DNA of 64,000 nt from Rhizobium sp. Q54 (GTDB lineage Bacteria > Pseudomonadota > Alphaproteobacteria > CADEGL01): contig CAMAPP010000002.1 in NCBI GenBank assembly GCA_945860095.1, forward strand, positions 4,564 to 68,563. The letters are read 5' to 3'. Under the pieces are notes generated by a model. That model did no database searches. It saw only the letters and a program-made list of their open reading frames with translations, and was not told where the DNA came from. Position numbers and translations under genes: made by a program. Of the stretch, positions 31,488-40,929 are shown piece by piece; the first letter of the stretch is position 1, and every line of letters starts with the position of its first letter.

Positions 31488-31875
31488 GGCTCGACTATCC
31501 TACTTCCCTTTAGATAATTGAATCTTTTTTTGAAGGGTAGTGGTGATTGGTCGTGTGCATAGCGGGGCTTCCCAGTCATCCACATGACTGTGGCTCCGCC
31601 AGGCCGCGCCGGGCCATGTGGCGAGCTTGTCCATAAACCGCCGGCAAGTTCGCGTGGGAGCGCAATTTGCTGTGTGGATTGCGTGTAAAGGACCGTGTCG
31701 AAAGATGGGGATGAAACTTGGTGCGGGACATGTCCCGGATATTGCCCGCGTGGTATCATTTTATCAGACATGGGACAGTTTCGCCCAAAACTCGAGATGG
31801 CACACCGCTCCAAACCCGTAAGGATTTCACCCCCACGTCGTTCCCGAGTTTGCGGCGCGGCCTCTGGATAACTCG
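31488..31875. other. candidate chromosomal replication origin (hemE-proximal intergenic region)
   Basis: 388-bp non-coding gap containing an AT-rich stretch (CTTTAGATAATTGAATCTTTTTTTGAAGG, ~31508-31536). It carries at least four DnaA-box-like 9-mers: TCATCCACA (~31576), TTGTCCATA (~31627), TGTGGATTG (~31673) and TGGATAACT (~31864). The gene context matches the hemE-Cori arrangement known from Caulobacter and relatives. Confidence 0.5.
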
Positions 31876-32697
31876 ATGTCCCGTACCTATCATCTTCACT
31901 TGGTTTCGGATTCGACCGGAGAAACCGTCGGCGTCGTCGCGCGCGCGGCCCTGGTTCAGTTCGAAGACGTGAAGGCGATCGAGCACCTTTGGTCGACGGT
32001 TCGCACCGAACGTCAGCTCGAGCGCGTGCTCTCGGCCATCGAGGCCGAGCCTGGTATTGTCATGTTCACGCTTCTGAGCCCCTTGCTGCGCGCGCGCCTG
32101 CGTAACGCGTGTGAAAAACTCGAGGTGCCTTGCATTGCCGTGCTCGACCCGGTCCTTGGCTCGCTGGCGATGTATTTCGGAACCGAGGGCAGCGGCCAAC
32201 CGGGGGGCCAGCATGCGCTCGACTCCGATTATTATCAGCGTATCGATGCCATGAACTTCGTTCTTCGGCACGACGACGGCCAAGCCACGCGCGATCTGAA
32301 CCAGGCCGATATCGTGCTCGTGGGCGTGTCCCGCACCTCCAAGACGCCGACTTGCATCTATCTTGCCAATCGCGGCATCAAGGCCGCAAACGTTCCCCTG
32401 GTGCCAGGATGCCCCACGCCGGATGAACTGCTGAACGCGACAAAGCCGTTTATCGTCGGCCTGACGAACGATCCCCAGCGCCTCGTTCAGATTCGTCGCA
32501 ATCGTTTGCGTCTGATCGAAGAAAACGCGGAAACCGAATATGTCGATATCGGTGCCGTACGATCCGAAGTCGATCAAGCAAAGCGGTTGTTCGAGGAGCA
32601 GGGCTGGCCGGTCATCGATGTCACCCGTCGGTCCATCGAGGAAACCGCCGCAGCCATCATGCAGTTGTACAACGAACGCCGCCGGCGCATCGAATGA
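31876..32697 (+). CDS. DUF299 kinase/pyrophosphorylase (PEP synthetase / PPDK regulatory protein, PpsR-like)
   Basis: P-loop …VLVGVSRTSKTPTCIYLA… and about 273 aa. Confidence 0.85.
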   Translation: MSRTYHLHLVSDSTGETVGVVARAALVQFEDVKAIEHLWSTVRTERQLERVLSAIEAEPGIVMFTLLSPLLRARLRNACEKLEVPCIAVLDPVLGSLAMYFGTEGSGQPGGQHALDSDYYQRIDAMNFVLRHDDGQATRDLNQADIVLVGVSRTSKTPTCIYLANRGIKAANVPLVPGCPTPDELLNATKPFIVGLTNDPQRLVQIRRNRLRLIEENAETEYVDIGAVRSEVDQAKRLFEEQGWPVIDVTRRSIEETAAAIMQLYNERRRRIE

Positions 32698-33323
32698 CCG
32701 GCGGACCAACCATGACCGCCGGCGCGGCGCGCCCCATCGTCCTGGCTTCGGCCAGCACGACCCGTCAAAAAATGCTTGCGGCGGCGGGCCTGGCGACGAT
32801 CTCGGACGCGGCGAATGTGGATGAATCTGCCGTCAAAGCAGCCATGGCGCGACAAGGTGCCGCTCCGCGCGAAGTAGCGATTGCTTTGGCCGAGATCAAG
32901 GCGCGACAGGTTTCGGGCCGGCATCCGGGCGCACTCGTGATCGGCGCCGACCAGATTCTCGAATGCGAAGGCCGGATGTACGACAAACCGTCTTCACTGG
33001 CCGCAGCGCGCCTGCAATTGCTTGGCTTGCGCGGCCGAACCCACACATTGGTCAGCGCCGCGGTCGTCGTACACGATGGCCGGCGACAGTGGCATGAAAC
33101 CGCCGAGGCGCAGCTGACGGTTCGCTCGTTCACGGACATGTTTCTCGATGACTATCTCGCGCGTCTCGGTGACGATGTCTGCAGGTCGGTCGGGGCCTAT
33201 CAGCTCGAAGGTCTAGGGGTTCAGTTCTTTTCCAAGATCGACGGCGATTTTTTCACGATACTCGGGGTGCCTTTGCTGCCGCTTCTGGCCTATCTCCGCG
33301 GGAACGGCGCGATCTTGTCATGA
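32694..33323 (+). CDS. maf: Maf-like nucleotide pyrophosphatase / septum formation protein
   Basis: …IVLASASTTRQKML… N-terminal motif. ATGA overlap with the upstream gene. Confidence 0.85.
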   Translation: MTGGPTMTAGAARPIVLASASTTRQKMLAAAGLATISDAANVDESAVKAAMARQGAAPREVAIALAEIKARQVSGRHPGALVIGADQILECEGRMYDKPSSLAAARLQLLGLRGRTHTLVSAAVVVHDGRRQWHETAEAQLTVRSFTDMFLDDYLARLGDDVCRSVGAYQLEGLGVQFFSKIDGDFFTILGVPLLPLLAYLRGNGAILS

Positions 33324-34180
33324 CGCTCAGCGGCATGGCTCGGGTGGCGGGCGTCATGGGCTGGCCGGTCGGACACTCGCGCTCGCCCGCGCTTCACGGT
33401 CATTGGCTCGAAGTCTATGGTATCGATGGCGCGTATGTGCCTTTACCGGTTCATCCCGACCGTCTCGGCGCGGCGCTGAAAGCTCTTCCCGCGCTCGGCT
33501 TTGCCGGCGTAAATCTGACCTTGCCGCACAAGGAAGCGGCGCTTGTCCATCTCACGCGCACCGACGACGTCGCGCGGCGCATCGGCGCGGTCAATACTGT
33601 GGTGGTGCGCGAGGGCGAGCTCGAAGGGAGCAATACCGATGCTTTCGGGTTCATCGAAAACCTGCGCGGCGGCGCGCCGACATGGCAACCCTTGCTTGGC
33701 GCCGCGGTCGTGCTTGGCGCGGGTGGTGCCGCGCGCGCCGTCGTCGTTGCCTTGCTCGATGCGGGCGTTGCGGAGATTCGGGTGCTCAATCGCACGCCCG
33801 AGCGCGCGGTGCGCCTTGCGCGCGATTTCGGCGGCGCTCTCAAGTCCCTGGATTGGAACGCTCGCGCCCATGCGCTGGCGGACGTGAATCTCCTCGTCAA
33901 CACGACAAGCCTCGGCATGGCCGGACAACCCGAGCTCGATATCGCGCTCGATCGCCTGCCGTCTCACGCCGTCGTCAACGACATCGTTTATGTGCCGCTG
34001 AACACGAAATTATTGACCGCGGCGCGTGCGCGCGGGCTTGTCGCGGTCGATGGACTGGGCATGCTCTTGCACCAAGGCAGGCCAGGATTTCACGCCTGGT
34101 TCGGCCGCGATCCGGACGTAACCACGGCTTTGTACACGCGCCTGGCCGCGACGATCCCCACAGCGTCGGCGACACCGTGA
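33320..34180 (+). CDS. aroE: shikimate dehydrogenase
   Basis: …GWPVGHSRSPALHG… and NTD / GAGGAARA motifs. Confidence 0.9.
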   Translation: MTLSGMARVAGVMGWPVGHSRSPALHGHWLEVYGIDGAYVPLPVHPDRLGAALKALPALGFAGVNLTLPHKEAALVHLTRTDDVARRIGAVNTVVVREGELEGSNTDAFGFIENLRGGAPTWQPLLGAAVVLGAGGAARAVVVALLDAGVAEIRVLNRTPERAVRLARDFGGALKSLDWNARAHALADVNLLVNTTSLGMAGQPELDIALDRLPSHAVVNDIVYVPLNTKLLTAARARGLVAVDGLGMLLHQGRPGFHAWFGRDPDVTTALYTRLAATIPTASATP

Positions 34181-34827
34181 ATCGCCACGTCATCCGCATC
34201 GCCCTGACCGGCTCGATCGGAATGGGGAAAAGCACGGCAGCGGCCGCGCTCCGGCGCCTTGGGATCCCGGTGTTCGATGCCGACCGGGCGGTTCACGCCT
34301 TGCTGGCGCGCGGCGGGGCGGCTGTAAGCGCAGTAGGCGCTGCTTTTCCCGACGTTGTCGGTGACGGCGCGGTCAGCCGGGCCGTGCTCGGCAAGATCGT
34401 GTTCGACGATACGGCGGCGCTGCGCCGTTTAGAGGCCATTCTTCATCCCATGGTCCGCCAGGCGGAGCGGCGATTCGGGCGCGAGATCGGCCGGCGCCGC
34501 CTTCGGTTGGCCGCCTATGACATTCCGCTGCTGTTCGAAACGCGGGGCGAGCGGCGCTACGATCTTTCCATCGTCGTGACCGCGCCGCATTTTGTTCAAC
34601 AAGCACGGGTGCTCGCCCGACCGGGCATGACGAACGCTCGCCTCGTCGGCATTCGCGCCCGGCAAATGCCCGATGGGGAAAAGCGCCGACGCGCCGATTT
34701 TCTCATCCCCACCGGCACCGGACGGCGCGAATCGCTGACACGCCTCGTGCAGCTAGTCGGTTTCCTCACGCGCCCCGCCGGGGCGCGCTGGCTCGCCGAC
34801 CGCAGAAAAAGGCACCGCCATGCGTGA
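34177..34827 (+). CDS. coaE: dephospho-CoA kinase
   Basis: GTG start overlapping the aroE stop (GTGA). P-loop IALTGSIGMGKST. Confidence 0.85.
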   Translation: MNRHVIRIALTGSIGMGKSTAAAALRRLGIPVFDADRAVHALLARGGAAVSAVGAAFPDVVGDGAVSRAVLGKIVFDDTAALRRLEAILHPMVRQAERRFGREIGRRRLRLAAYDIPLLFETRGERRYDLSIVVTAPHFVQQARVLARPGMTNARLVGIRARQMPDGEKRRRADFLIPTGTGRRESLTRLVQLVGFLTRPAGARWLADRRKRHRHA

Positions 34828-35503
34828 AATCGTGCTCGACACCGAAACCACGGGACTCGACCCCGAAGCGGGCCACCGCGTGGTCGAAATCGGCTGTCTC
34901 GAACTTATCAACCGCGTGCCGTCCGGGCGCAGCTTCCAGGCCTATCTCAATCCGGAACGCGACGTGCCGGCTGGCGCCTACGAGGTCCATGGCCTGAGCG
35001 CCGAATTCCTGGCCAAACATCCGGTGTTCGCCGATATGTGCGAGAGGTTTCTCGAATTCATCGCCGATTCGCCGCTCGTCATTCACAACGCCGCCTTCGA
35101 TTTGAAGTTCATCAATGCCGAATTGCGCCGATCCGGGCGCGAGACCATCGTCGCCGCGCGCGCCGTCGATACGATCGAAATCGCGCGGCGGAAATTTCCG
35201 GGATCGCCCGCGAGCCTCGACGCGCTCTGCCGGCGCTTCGGCATTGACAACTCGATGCGTGAAAAACACGGCGCCTTGCTCGATGCGGAGCTTCTGGCGG
35301 AAGTTTATCTGGAATTGACCGGAGGCCGGCAGGCAAGCTTCGGATTGGCGGCGGCCGCGGGAGCGGCCGCCGCGCCGTCGGCGACGGTGCTTGAGACGCC
35401 GGCGATCCGGCGCGCCCCGCGCCGGCACGCTCCAACGGCGGAGGAATTGGCGGCGCACGAGGCGTTGCTGACTAAGATCAAGGCGCCGATCTGGCGCGCG
35501 TGA
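34820..35503 (+). CDS. dnaQ: DNA polymerase III subunit epsilon (3'-5' exonuclease)
   Basis: Exo I motif (VLDTETTGLD), Exo II (HNAAFD) and Exo III (HGALLDAELLAEVY). Confidence 0.9.
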   Translation: MREIVLDTETTGLDPEAGHRVVEIGCLELINRVPSGRSFQAYLNPERDVPAGAYEVHGLSAEFLAKHPVFADMCERFLEFIADSPLVIHNAAFDLKFINAELRRSGRETIVAARAVDTIEIARRKFPGSPASLDALCRRFGIDNSMREKHGALLDAELLAEVYLELTGGRQASFGLAAAAGAAAAPSATVLETPAIRRAPRRHAPTAEELAAHEALLTKIKAPIWRA

Positions 35504-35552
35504 TCCGGGCGACGATCCGGCCAGTTGCGCCGTGCGCCGTGTCCTCGGGCGC

Positions 35553-36011
35553 TTAGGCCTGACCGGCGGCGACCTCGAACTTCTGCCGGTACAATGCGAC
35601 AAAATCGACCGGGTGAATGAGTAGGGGCGGGAAGCCGCTGTCGCGCGTGACGTCGGCGACGATGTTGCGCGCGAAGGGAAACATGAGGCGCGGAATCTCG
35701 ATGAGCAAAATGGGCTGCAGGTTTTCCTTCGGAAAACCCGCAACCTGGAACACCGCCCCATAGGTTAGCTCGATGACGAATACAGTCTTGTCCTCGAGCT
35801 TGGCCGAGGCGGTGATGGCCAGAACGATTTCGAAATCGTCGGCCGCGGCCAAAGGTCGCGCCGTCACGTCGATATTCACCGAAACGTCGGGCGAGCGCGC
35901 AAGGGTGCTGTAAATCTCGGGTGAAAGCGGATTCTCGAAGGACAAATCCTTGAGATACTGCATACGCAGCATGAGATTCGGTTCCGCCGATGGCGCTGTC
36001 TGATCGGACAT
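35553..36011 (-). CDS. secB: protein-export chaperone SecB
   Basis: About 152 aa, …RMQYLKDLSFENP… signature. Confidence 0.9.
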   Translation of the reverse strand: MSDQTAPSAEPNLMLRMQYLKDLSFENPLSPEIYSTLARSPDVSVNIDVTARPLAAADDFEIVLAITASAKLEDKTVFVIELTYGAVFQVAGFPKENLQPILLIEIPRLMFPFARNIVADVTRDSGFPPLLIHPVDFVALYRQKFEVAAGQA

Positions 36012-36094
36012 GACGGACCTCGCGTGAGTTTGTGGGCGGTCGTTCGGGGGCGGGGATGGCTAACATGCCCTCGCCATGCGGGCAACCCGGACGG

Positions 36095-36646
36095 CTAATC
36101 CTTGGCGAAGGGATTGTCGACGGGCGAGGCCGTGGGATCGAAGCCGATCGTCTCCGCGTTGGATACGGTCACGCCGGTCAAACCCCGGATGAATCCCCAG
36201 TGCGTGATGACCAGCACGTTCGGCCACTCTGCCTCGCGCGCCATGGCCGCGCGGAAAATCCGGCAGCGGTCGAGTAACTCGTTCTCGGTTTCATCTTGGC
36301 GCCACCAGCGATTGTCCAGGTGGGAAAAATCGAAATCCGGCCAGCGCGCCGCCAGTTCGTCGCGTGCGGTACCGACATCGCAGACGAACGCTCCGCGCTC
36401 GCTTACCAGGCGTTCGACGGTCACCGGGACGCCGAGGGCCGCGTTGACGATTTGCGTGGTCTGCAGGGCGCGCGTGTAGGGGCTGGTAATGACCCGCCGA
36501 ATGGGCGCGCCGCGCAATCGTTCGGCCATGGCGCGGGCCTGTTCGTGGCCGAGATCAGTCAGTTGCGGGTCTTCTATGCCGGGGTCGATTCGGGTCTTGG
36601 CGTAGGTGACGTTGAAAAGGGATTGGGCGTGCCGCAGCAAAATCAT
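36095..36646 (-). CDS. histidine phosphatase family protein (phosphoglycerate mutase-like)
   Basis: MILLRHAQS… (RHG-type catalytic motif) and …SPYTRALQT…. The track ORF extends to 37930, but that N-terminal extension is compositional junk. Confidence 0.75.
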   Translation of the reverse strand: MILLRHAQSLFNVTYAKTRIDPGIEDPQLTDLGHEQARAMAERLRGAPIRRVITSPYTRALQTTQIVNAALGVPVTVERLVSERGAFVCDVGTARDELAARWPDFDFSHLDNRWWRQDETENELLDRCRIFRAAMAREAEWPNVLVITHWGFIRGLTGVTVSNAETIGFDPTASPVDNPFAKD

Positions 36647-36793
36647 GGGTTTGCCGATATCCAGAGGGGTTGGTCGTCCTTGTTCTTTCGTTCTGGAGCC
36701 ATTATCTAAGCTCTGTCGCCAGGAGGCGGGCTTGTCTAGCCCAGCGTGCCGTTGCCCGTCTAGCCGGCATCCCTTTGTATTGAGCCGAGAAGC

Positions 36794-37483
36794 ATGGGCG
36801 AAGGTCTCCAGTTCCTCGATATCATCCTCTTCGCGATGGTCGCGGTGTTCCTTGTGCTGCGCCTGAGGAGCGTGCTCGGCCGCAAGCCGGACGGGGAACA
36901 ACAGCAAAGGCTCAATCCTTTCCGTCGCGAACCCGCGGAAGGCAAGGCCGACGCCGGCGATCGGTTGGTCGAATTTCCCGCGCGGCCGTCCCGTTCCACG
37001 CCGGAGGCGCCGGTTGGCGAAATATCGCCGCTGGAAGCCGGTTTGGCGCAGATCAAGCGAGCCGAGCCGAGTTTCGATACGACGATTTTCGTGACCGGAG
37101 CGACCGCCGCGTTTGAGATCGTCGTCAACGCGTTCGCCGCCGGCGATCGGGACAAGCTTCGAACCTTGCTCAGCAACGAGGTGTACGACAACTTCGCCGG
37201 CGCCATCGATGCCCGGCTGTCCAAGGGCGAGGCGCTCGAAACGAAGCTGTCGGGCACGACCACGGCACAGATCGTTGAAGCCGAAATGCGTGGCCAATCC
37301 GCTTTCGTGACGGTCAAGTTCGCGAGCGAGCAGTGCAACATCACGCGTGATGGCGAAGGCCGGATCGTCGATGGCGAGCCCAACCGCTTCGAAGGCGTAA
37401 CGGATCTTTGGTCCTTCGCGCGCAATACGCGCGCGCGCGATCCGAATTGGACCCTTGTCGAGACCCGGACTCCACAGGGCTAG
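36794..37483 (+). CDS. Tim44-like domain protein
   Basis: N-terminal TM helix plus a C-terminal Tim44-like/NTF2-like region. Conserved neighbour of mltA in alphaproteobacteria. Confidence 0.7.
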   Translation: MGEGLQFLDIILFAMVAVFLVLRLRSVLGRKPDGEQQQRLNPFRREPAEGKADAGDRLVEFPARPSRSTPEAPVGEISPLEAGLAQIKRAEPSFDTTIFVTGATAAFEIVVNAFAAGDRDKLRTLLSNEVYDNFAGAIDARLSKGEALETKLSGTTTAQIVEAEMRGQSAFVTVKFASEQCNITRDGEGRIVDGEPNRFEGVTDLWSFARNTRARDPNWTLVETRTPQG

Positions 37484-38648
37484 GGCCGGGCTCGTCGCGG
37501 CGGCGGCGATTGCGGCGTTTTCTGCCTGCGCGCCGCGCGAAAAGCCGCAGAGCGTGCCGTCTTCCGTGCCCCCGGTTGCGGCCTTGCCGCAAGCCGCGCC
37601 GCTCTCACCCGTTTCGTCGTTTTCGGCCGCTTTACCGGCCTCGCCGTCCTTTCGCGATCTTCCGGGATGGGGCGAGGACGGCCAAGCCGTGGCCATGGCC
37701 GCGTTCCGGCGCAGCTGCGCGGGCTTTTCCGCGATGCCGGCCGACCGGTTGCTCGGTCCGGGGGGCCAGGCGGGGCGGGCGGGCGATTGGCAGACGATTT
37801 GCGCGGCAAGTGCGCGCGTGGCGGCTGGCGATGGCCCGGCCCGCGCGTTTTTCGAGACCTGGTTCAGGCCCATCCGGGTGATTTCGGAAACCAAGCCCGG
37901 CGGGTTTTTCACCGGATATTTCGAACCCACCCTGCGCGGCGCGCGGACTCGCGGCGGGGCTTTCGCGGTGCCGCTTTATCGCCGCCCGCCCGATCTTGGC
38001 GATACCCGCGTTCGACCCTTTCTCGACCGCGCCGCGATCGACAAGGGCGCGCTCGCCGGCAAGGGATTGGAATTGCTCTGGGCCGACGACGCCATAGACG
38101 TCTTTTTCCTTCATGTGCAAGGCTCGGGGCGCATCGTCATGGCCGACGGAACGACTGTTCGCCTTGGCTATGCGGGCGATAACGGCCATCGCTATGTGCC
38201 CATCGGCCGCATACTGGTCGAGCGTAACGTGCTCAAGGCCGAGGAGGTTTCGCTGCAATCCATCCGCGAATGGCTGCGCGCGAATCCCTCGGCCGCGACC
38301 CAGGTCATGCAGTCGAACCCGCGCTATATCTTCTTCCGCGTTTTCGAGGGCGAGGGCCCGGTCGGCAGCGCCGGCGTGCCGCTTACCCCAGGCCGGAGCT
38401 TGGCCGTCGATCCGGCGCACGCGCCGATGGGCATCCCGGTCTGGATCGACACCACCTGGCCCGGCCCCGGCAACCGCCCCTTGCGCCGGCTCATGATCGC
38501 CCAGGACACCGGCGCCGCAATCAAAGGGCCGGGTCGGGGCGATGTGTTCTGGGGTGCTGGTGCACAAGCCGAAGAATGGGCGGGCGCCATGAAACAGCCA
38601 GGCTTGGCCGTCTTGCTCGTTCCCACCGCGGCCTTGCCCGGACCCTGA
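37455..38648 (+). CDS. mltA: membrane-bound lytic murein transglycosylase A
   Basis: Lipobox (AAFSAC) and the MltA-specific 3D domain (…DTGAAIKGPGRGDVFWG…). The start is uncertain and overlaps the Tim44-like gene by 29 nt. Confidence 0.85.
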   Translation: MSRPGLHRARAGLVAAAAIAAFSACAPREKPQSVPSSVPPVAALPQAAPLSPVSSFSAALPASPSFRDLPGWGEDGQAVAMAAFRRSCAGFSAMPADRLLGPGGQAGRAGDWQTICAASARVAAGDGPARAFFETWFRPIRVISETKPGGFFTGYFEPTLRGARTRGGAFAVPLYRRPPDLGDTRVRPFLDRAAIDKGALAGKGLELLWADDAIDVFFLHVQGSGRIVMADGTTVRLGYAGDNGHRYVPIGRILVERNVLKAEEVSLQSIREWLRANPSAATQVMQSNPRYIFFRVFEGEGPVGSAGVPLTPGRSLAVDPAHAPMGIPVWIDTTWPGPGNRPLRRLMIAQDTGAAIKGPGRGDVFWGAGAQAEEWAGAMKQPGLAVLLVPTAALPGP

Positions 38649-38740
38649 CCGTCCTTGCCTTCCGCTTGGCCGCCCCGCATTGTTGGCGGGCCCTAATTTT
38701 CTGGACAAATCAAAATAATGTCTATATTTCAATTGGTTAT

Positions 38741-39523
38741 ATGATGTCCCTCAAACGGCCACGGGTCGCACTGTTCGTCACTTGCCTGGTCGATCTGTTT
38801 CGGCCGACGGTCGGATTTGCCGCGATCAAATTGCTGGAGGCGGCGGGGTGCGCGGTTGAGGTGCCGCGTCTTCAAACATGCTGCGGGCAGCCGGCGTTCA
38901 ATTCCGGGGACAGCGAAACCGCTCGCGCGCTCGCGCGTTCGGTCGTCGGCGCGTTCGAGGGCTACGATTATGTGGTCGCGCCGTCGGGCTCGTGCGGCGG
39001 GATGATCAAGAAACACTTCCCGGAATTGTTCGAGCACGAGCCGGGGTGGCGTGCGCGCGCCGAGGCGCTGGCGGCGAAAACCTTCGAGCTCGTCTCGTTT
39101 CTGGTCGATGTGCGAAAGCTCGATCGTGTTTCCGCGCGCTTTTCCGGCACCGTCACCTATCACGATTCCTGTTCGGGCCTGCGCGAGCTGGGCGTGAAGG
39201 AGCAGCCCCGGCGATTGCTCGCGAGCGTCGAGGGTTTGCGCCTCGTCGAACACGCCGACGCCGAGACATGCTGTGGCTTCGGCGGCACGTTCTGCGTCAA
39301 ATATCCGGAGATATCGACGCATATGGTCGCCGAGAAGTGCGCTCAGGCGGCGAAAACGGGCGCGGGGCATTTGCTGGCGGGCGATCTTGGCTGCCTCCTC
39401 AACATGGCGGGACGGATGCGCCGCGAGGGGCGGGCGGTCAGCGTTCGCCATGTGGCGGAGGTCCTGGCCGACATGGCCGAGGGTCCGGGCCTCGGCGAAG
39501 CGGCGGGCCGATGGTCGCCGTAA
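38741..39523 (+). CDS. lutA: lactate utilization protein A, (Fe-S)-binding oxidoreductase
   Basis: CCG-domain pairs (…QTCCGQPAFNSG… and …ETCCGFGGTF…). Confidence 0.85.
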   Translation: MMSLKRPRVALFVTCLVDLFRPTVGFAAIKLLEAAGCAVEVPRLQTCCGQPAFNSGDSETARALARSVVGAFEGYDYVVAPSGSCGGMIKKHFPELFEHEPGWRARAEALAAKTFELVSFLVDVRKLDRVSARFSGTVTYHDSCSGLRELGVKEQPRRLLASVEGLRLVEHADAETCCGFGGTFCVKYPEISTHMVAEKCAQAAKTGAGHLLAGDLGCLLNMAGRMRREGRAVSVRHVAEVLADMAEGPGLGEAAGRWSP

Positions 39524-40929
39524 CCAGTCCCGCCTTCGAGGCCAATGCGCGCGCGGCACTCGTCGACGCGAAGCTGCAAAAGGCGCTAGGGCATATCAAG
39601 GACGGCTTCGTCCAGCGCCGCACGGCTGCCGCCGCGCGCTTGCCGGAATTCGACGCGCTGCGCGATCTCGCCAAGGAGATCAAGGATCACACGCTCGATC
39701 ATCTCGATCTCTATCTCGCGCATTTCGAGCGCCGGGTGACCGAATCGGGCGGGGTCGTGCACTGGTGCCGCGATGCGGCCGAGGCGCGCGAAACGGTGCT
39801 GACGATTTGCCACGCCGCTGGCGCAAAGTCCGTGACCAAGGGCAAGAGCATGGTGGGCGAGGAAATCGCCCTCAACGATTTCCTCGAGAAAAACGGCATC
39901 GAGCCGGTTGAAACCGATCTCGGCGAATACATCATCCAGCTGCGGCGCGAGCCGCCGAGCCACATCATCGCGCCGGCGATTCACGTCAATAAGGAACAAG
40001 TCGCGGAAGCGTTTCGCGCAGCACACACCGAGTTGCCCGCCGACCGACCGCTCGAGGAGCCAGCGGCCTTGTTGGCCGAGGCGCGCGCCATGTTGCGGCG
40101 GAAATTTCTCGCGGCCGATATCGGCATCACCGGCGCCAATTTTCTCATCGCGGAAACGGGTTCGACCGTCATCGTCACGAACGAGGGCAATGGCGACTTG
40201 ACCCAGATGCTGCCGCGCGTGCACGTGGTTCTGGCTAGCATCGAAAAGGTCGTGCCCACGCTCGAGGACGTCTCGACCATCCTGCGCCTGCTCGCGCGCT
40301 CGGCGACGGGCCAAGAGTTTTCAGTTTACACCACGTTCTCGACCGGGCCGCGCCGGCCGGCCGATCTCGACGGCCCCGAACAGTTCCACGTCATCCTGCT
40401 CGACAATGGCCGCAGCGCCATGCTGGGCACGCCCTTCCAGGAGATGTTGCGCTGCATTCGCTGCGGCGCCTGTCTCAACCATTGTCCGGTTTACGGCGCC
40501 GTCGGCGGGCATGCCTACGGTTGGGTCTATCCCGGCCCAATGGGCGCGGTGCTGACGCCGTGGCTTGTCGGTCTCGATCAGGCCAAGCATTTACCGAATG
40601 CCTCGACTTTTTGTGGCAAGTGCGAAAGCGTATGCCCCATGCGGATTCCCTTACCCGGCTTGATGCGCCGCTTGCGCGAACGTGCGCACCTTGAGCGCTT
40701 GGATGCGCCGGTCGCGCGCGGCGCCTTGGCGGCCTGGTCCTTCGTGGCCCGAAGGCCCCGGCTCTACTGCGCCGTCGCGGCGATTGCGGCACGCACGCTT
40801 GCGTCGCTCGGCGGGCGCGCGGGGTGCCTGCGCCGTCTGCCGCTTGCGCGCGGCTGGATGCAAGGGCGCGACATGCCCGCGCCCGAAGGCCGCACGTTCA
40901 TGGCGCAATGGCGCGAGCGCGCGCGGTGA
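39511..40929 (+). CDS. lutB: lactate utilization protein B (4Fe-4S ferredoxin-type, LUD domain)
   Basis: CxxCxxCxxxCP cluster motifs (CIRCGACLNHCP and CGKCESVCP) plus a LUD domain. Confidence 0.85.
   Translation: MVAVTSPAFEANARAALVDAKLQKALGHIKDGFVQRRTAAAARLPEFDALRDLAKEIKDHTLDHLDLYLAHFERRVTESGGVVHWCRDAAEARETVLTICHAAGAKSVTKGKSMVGEEIALNDFLEKNGIEPVETDLGEYIIQLRREPPSHIIAPAIHVNKEQVAEAFRAAHTELPADRPLEEPAALLAEARAMLRRKFLAADIGITGANFLIAETGSTVIVTNEGNGDLTQMLPRVHVVLASIEKVVPTLEDVSTILRLLARSATGQEFSVYTTFSTGPRRPADLDGPEQFHVILLDNGRSAMLGTPFQEMLRCIRCGACLNHCPVYGAVGGHAYGWVYPGPMGAVLTPWLVGLDQAKHLPNASTFCGKCESVCPMRIPLPGLMRRLRERAHLERLDAPVARGALAAWSFVARRPRLYCAVAAIAARTLASLGGRAGCLRRLPLARGWMQGRDMPAPEGRTFMAQWRERAR

Noticed and set aside
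36647-37930. 428-aa extension making a 611-aa ORF upstream of the histidine phosphatase gene
   Set aside because: The composition is not protein-like (R/G/A runs). It overlaps the Tim44-like and mltA genes on the opposite strand. Only the C-terminal 183 aa carry the phosphatase fold.
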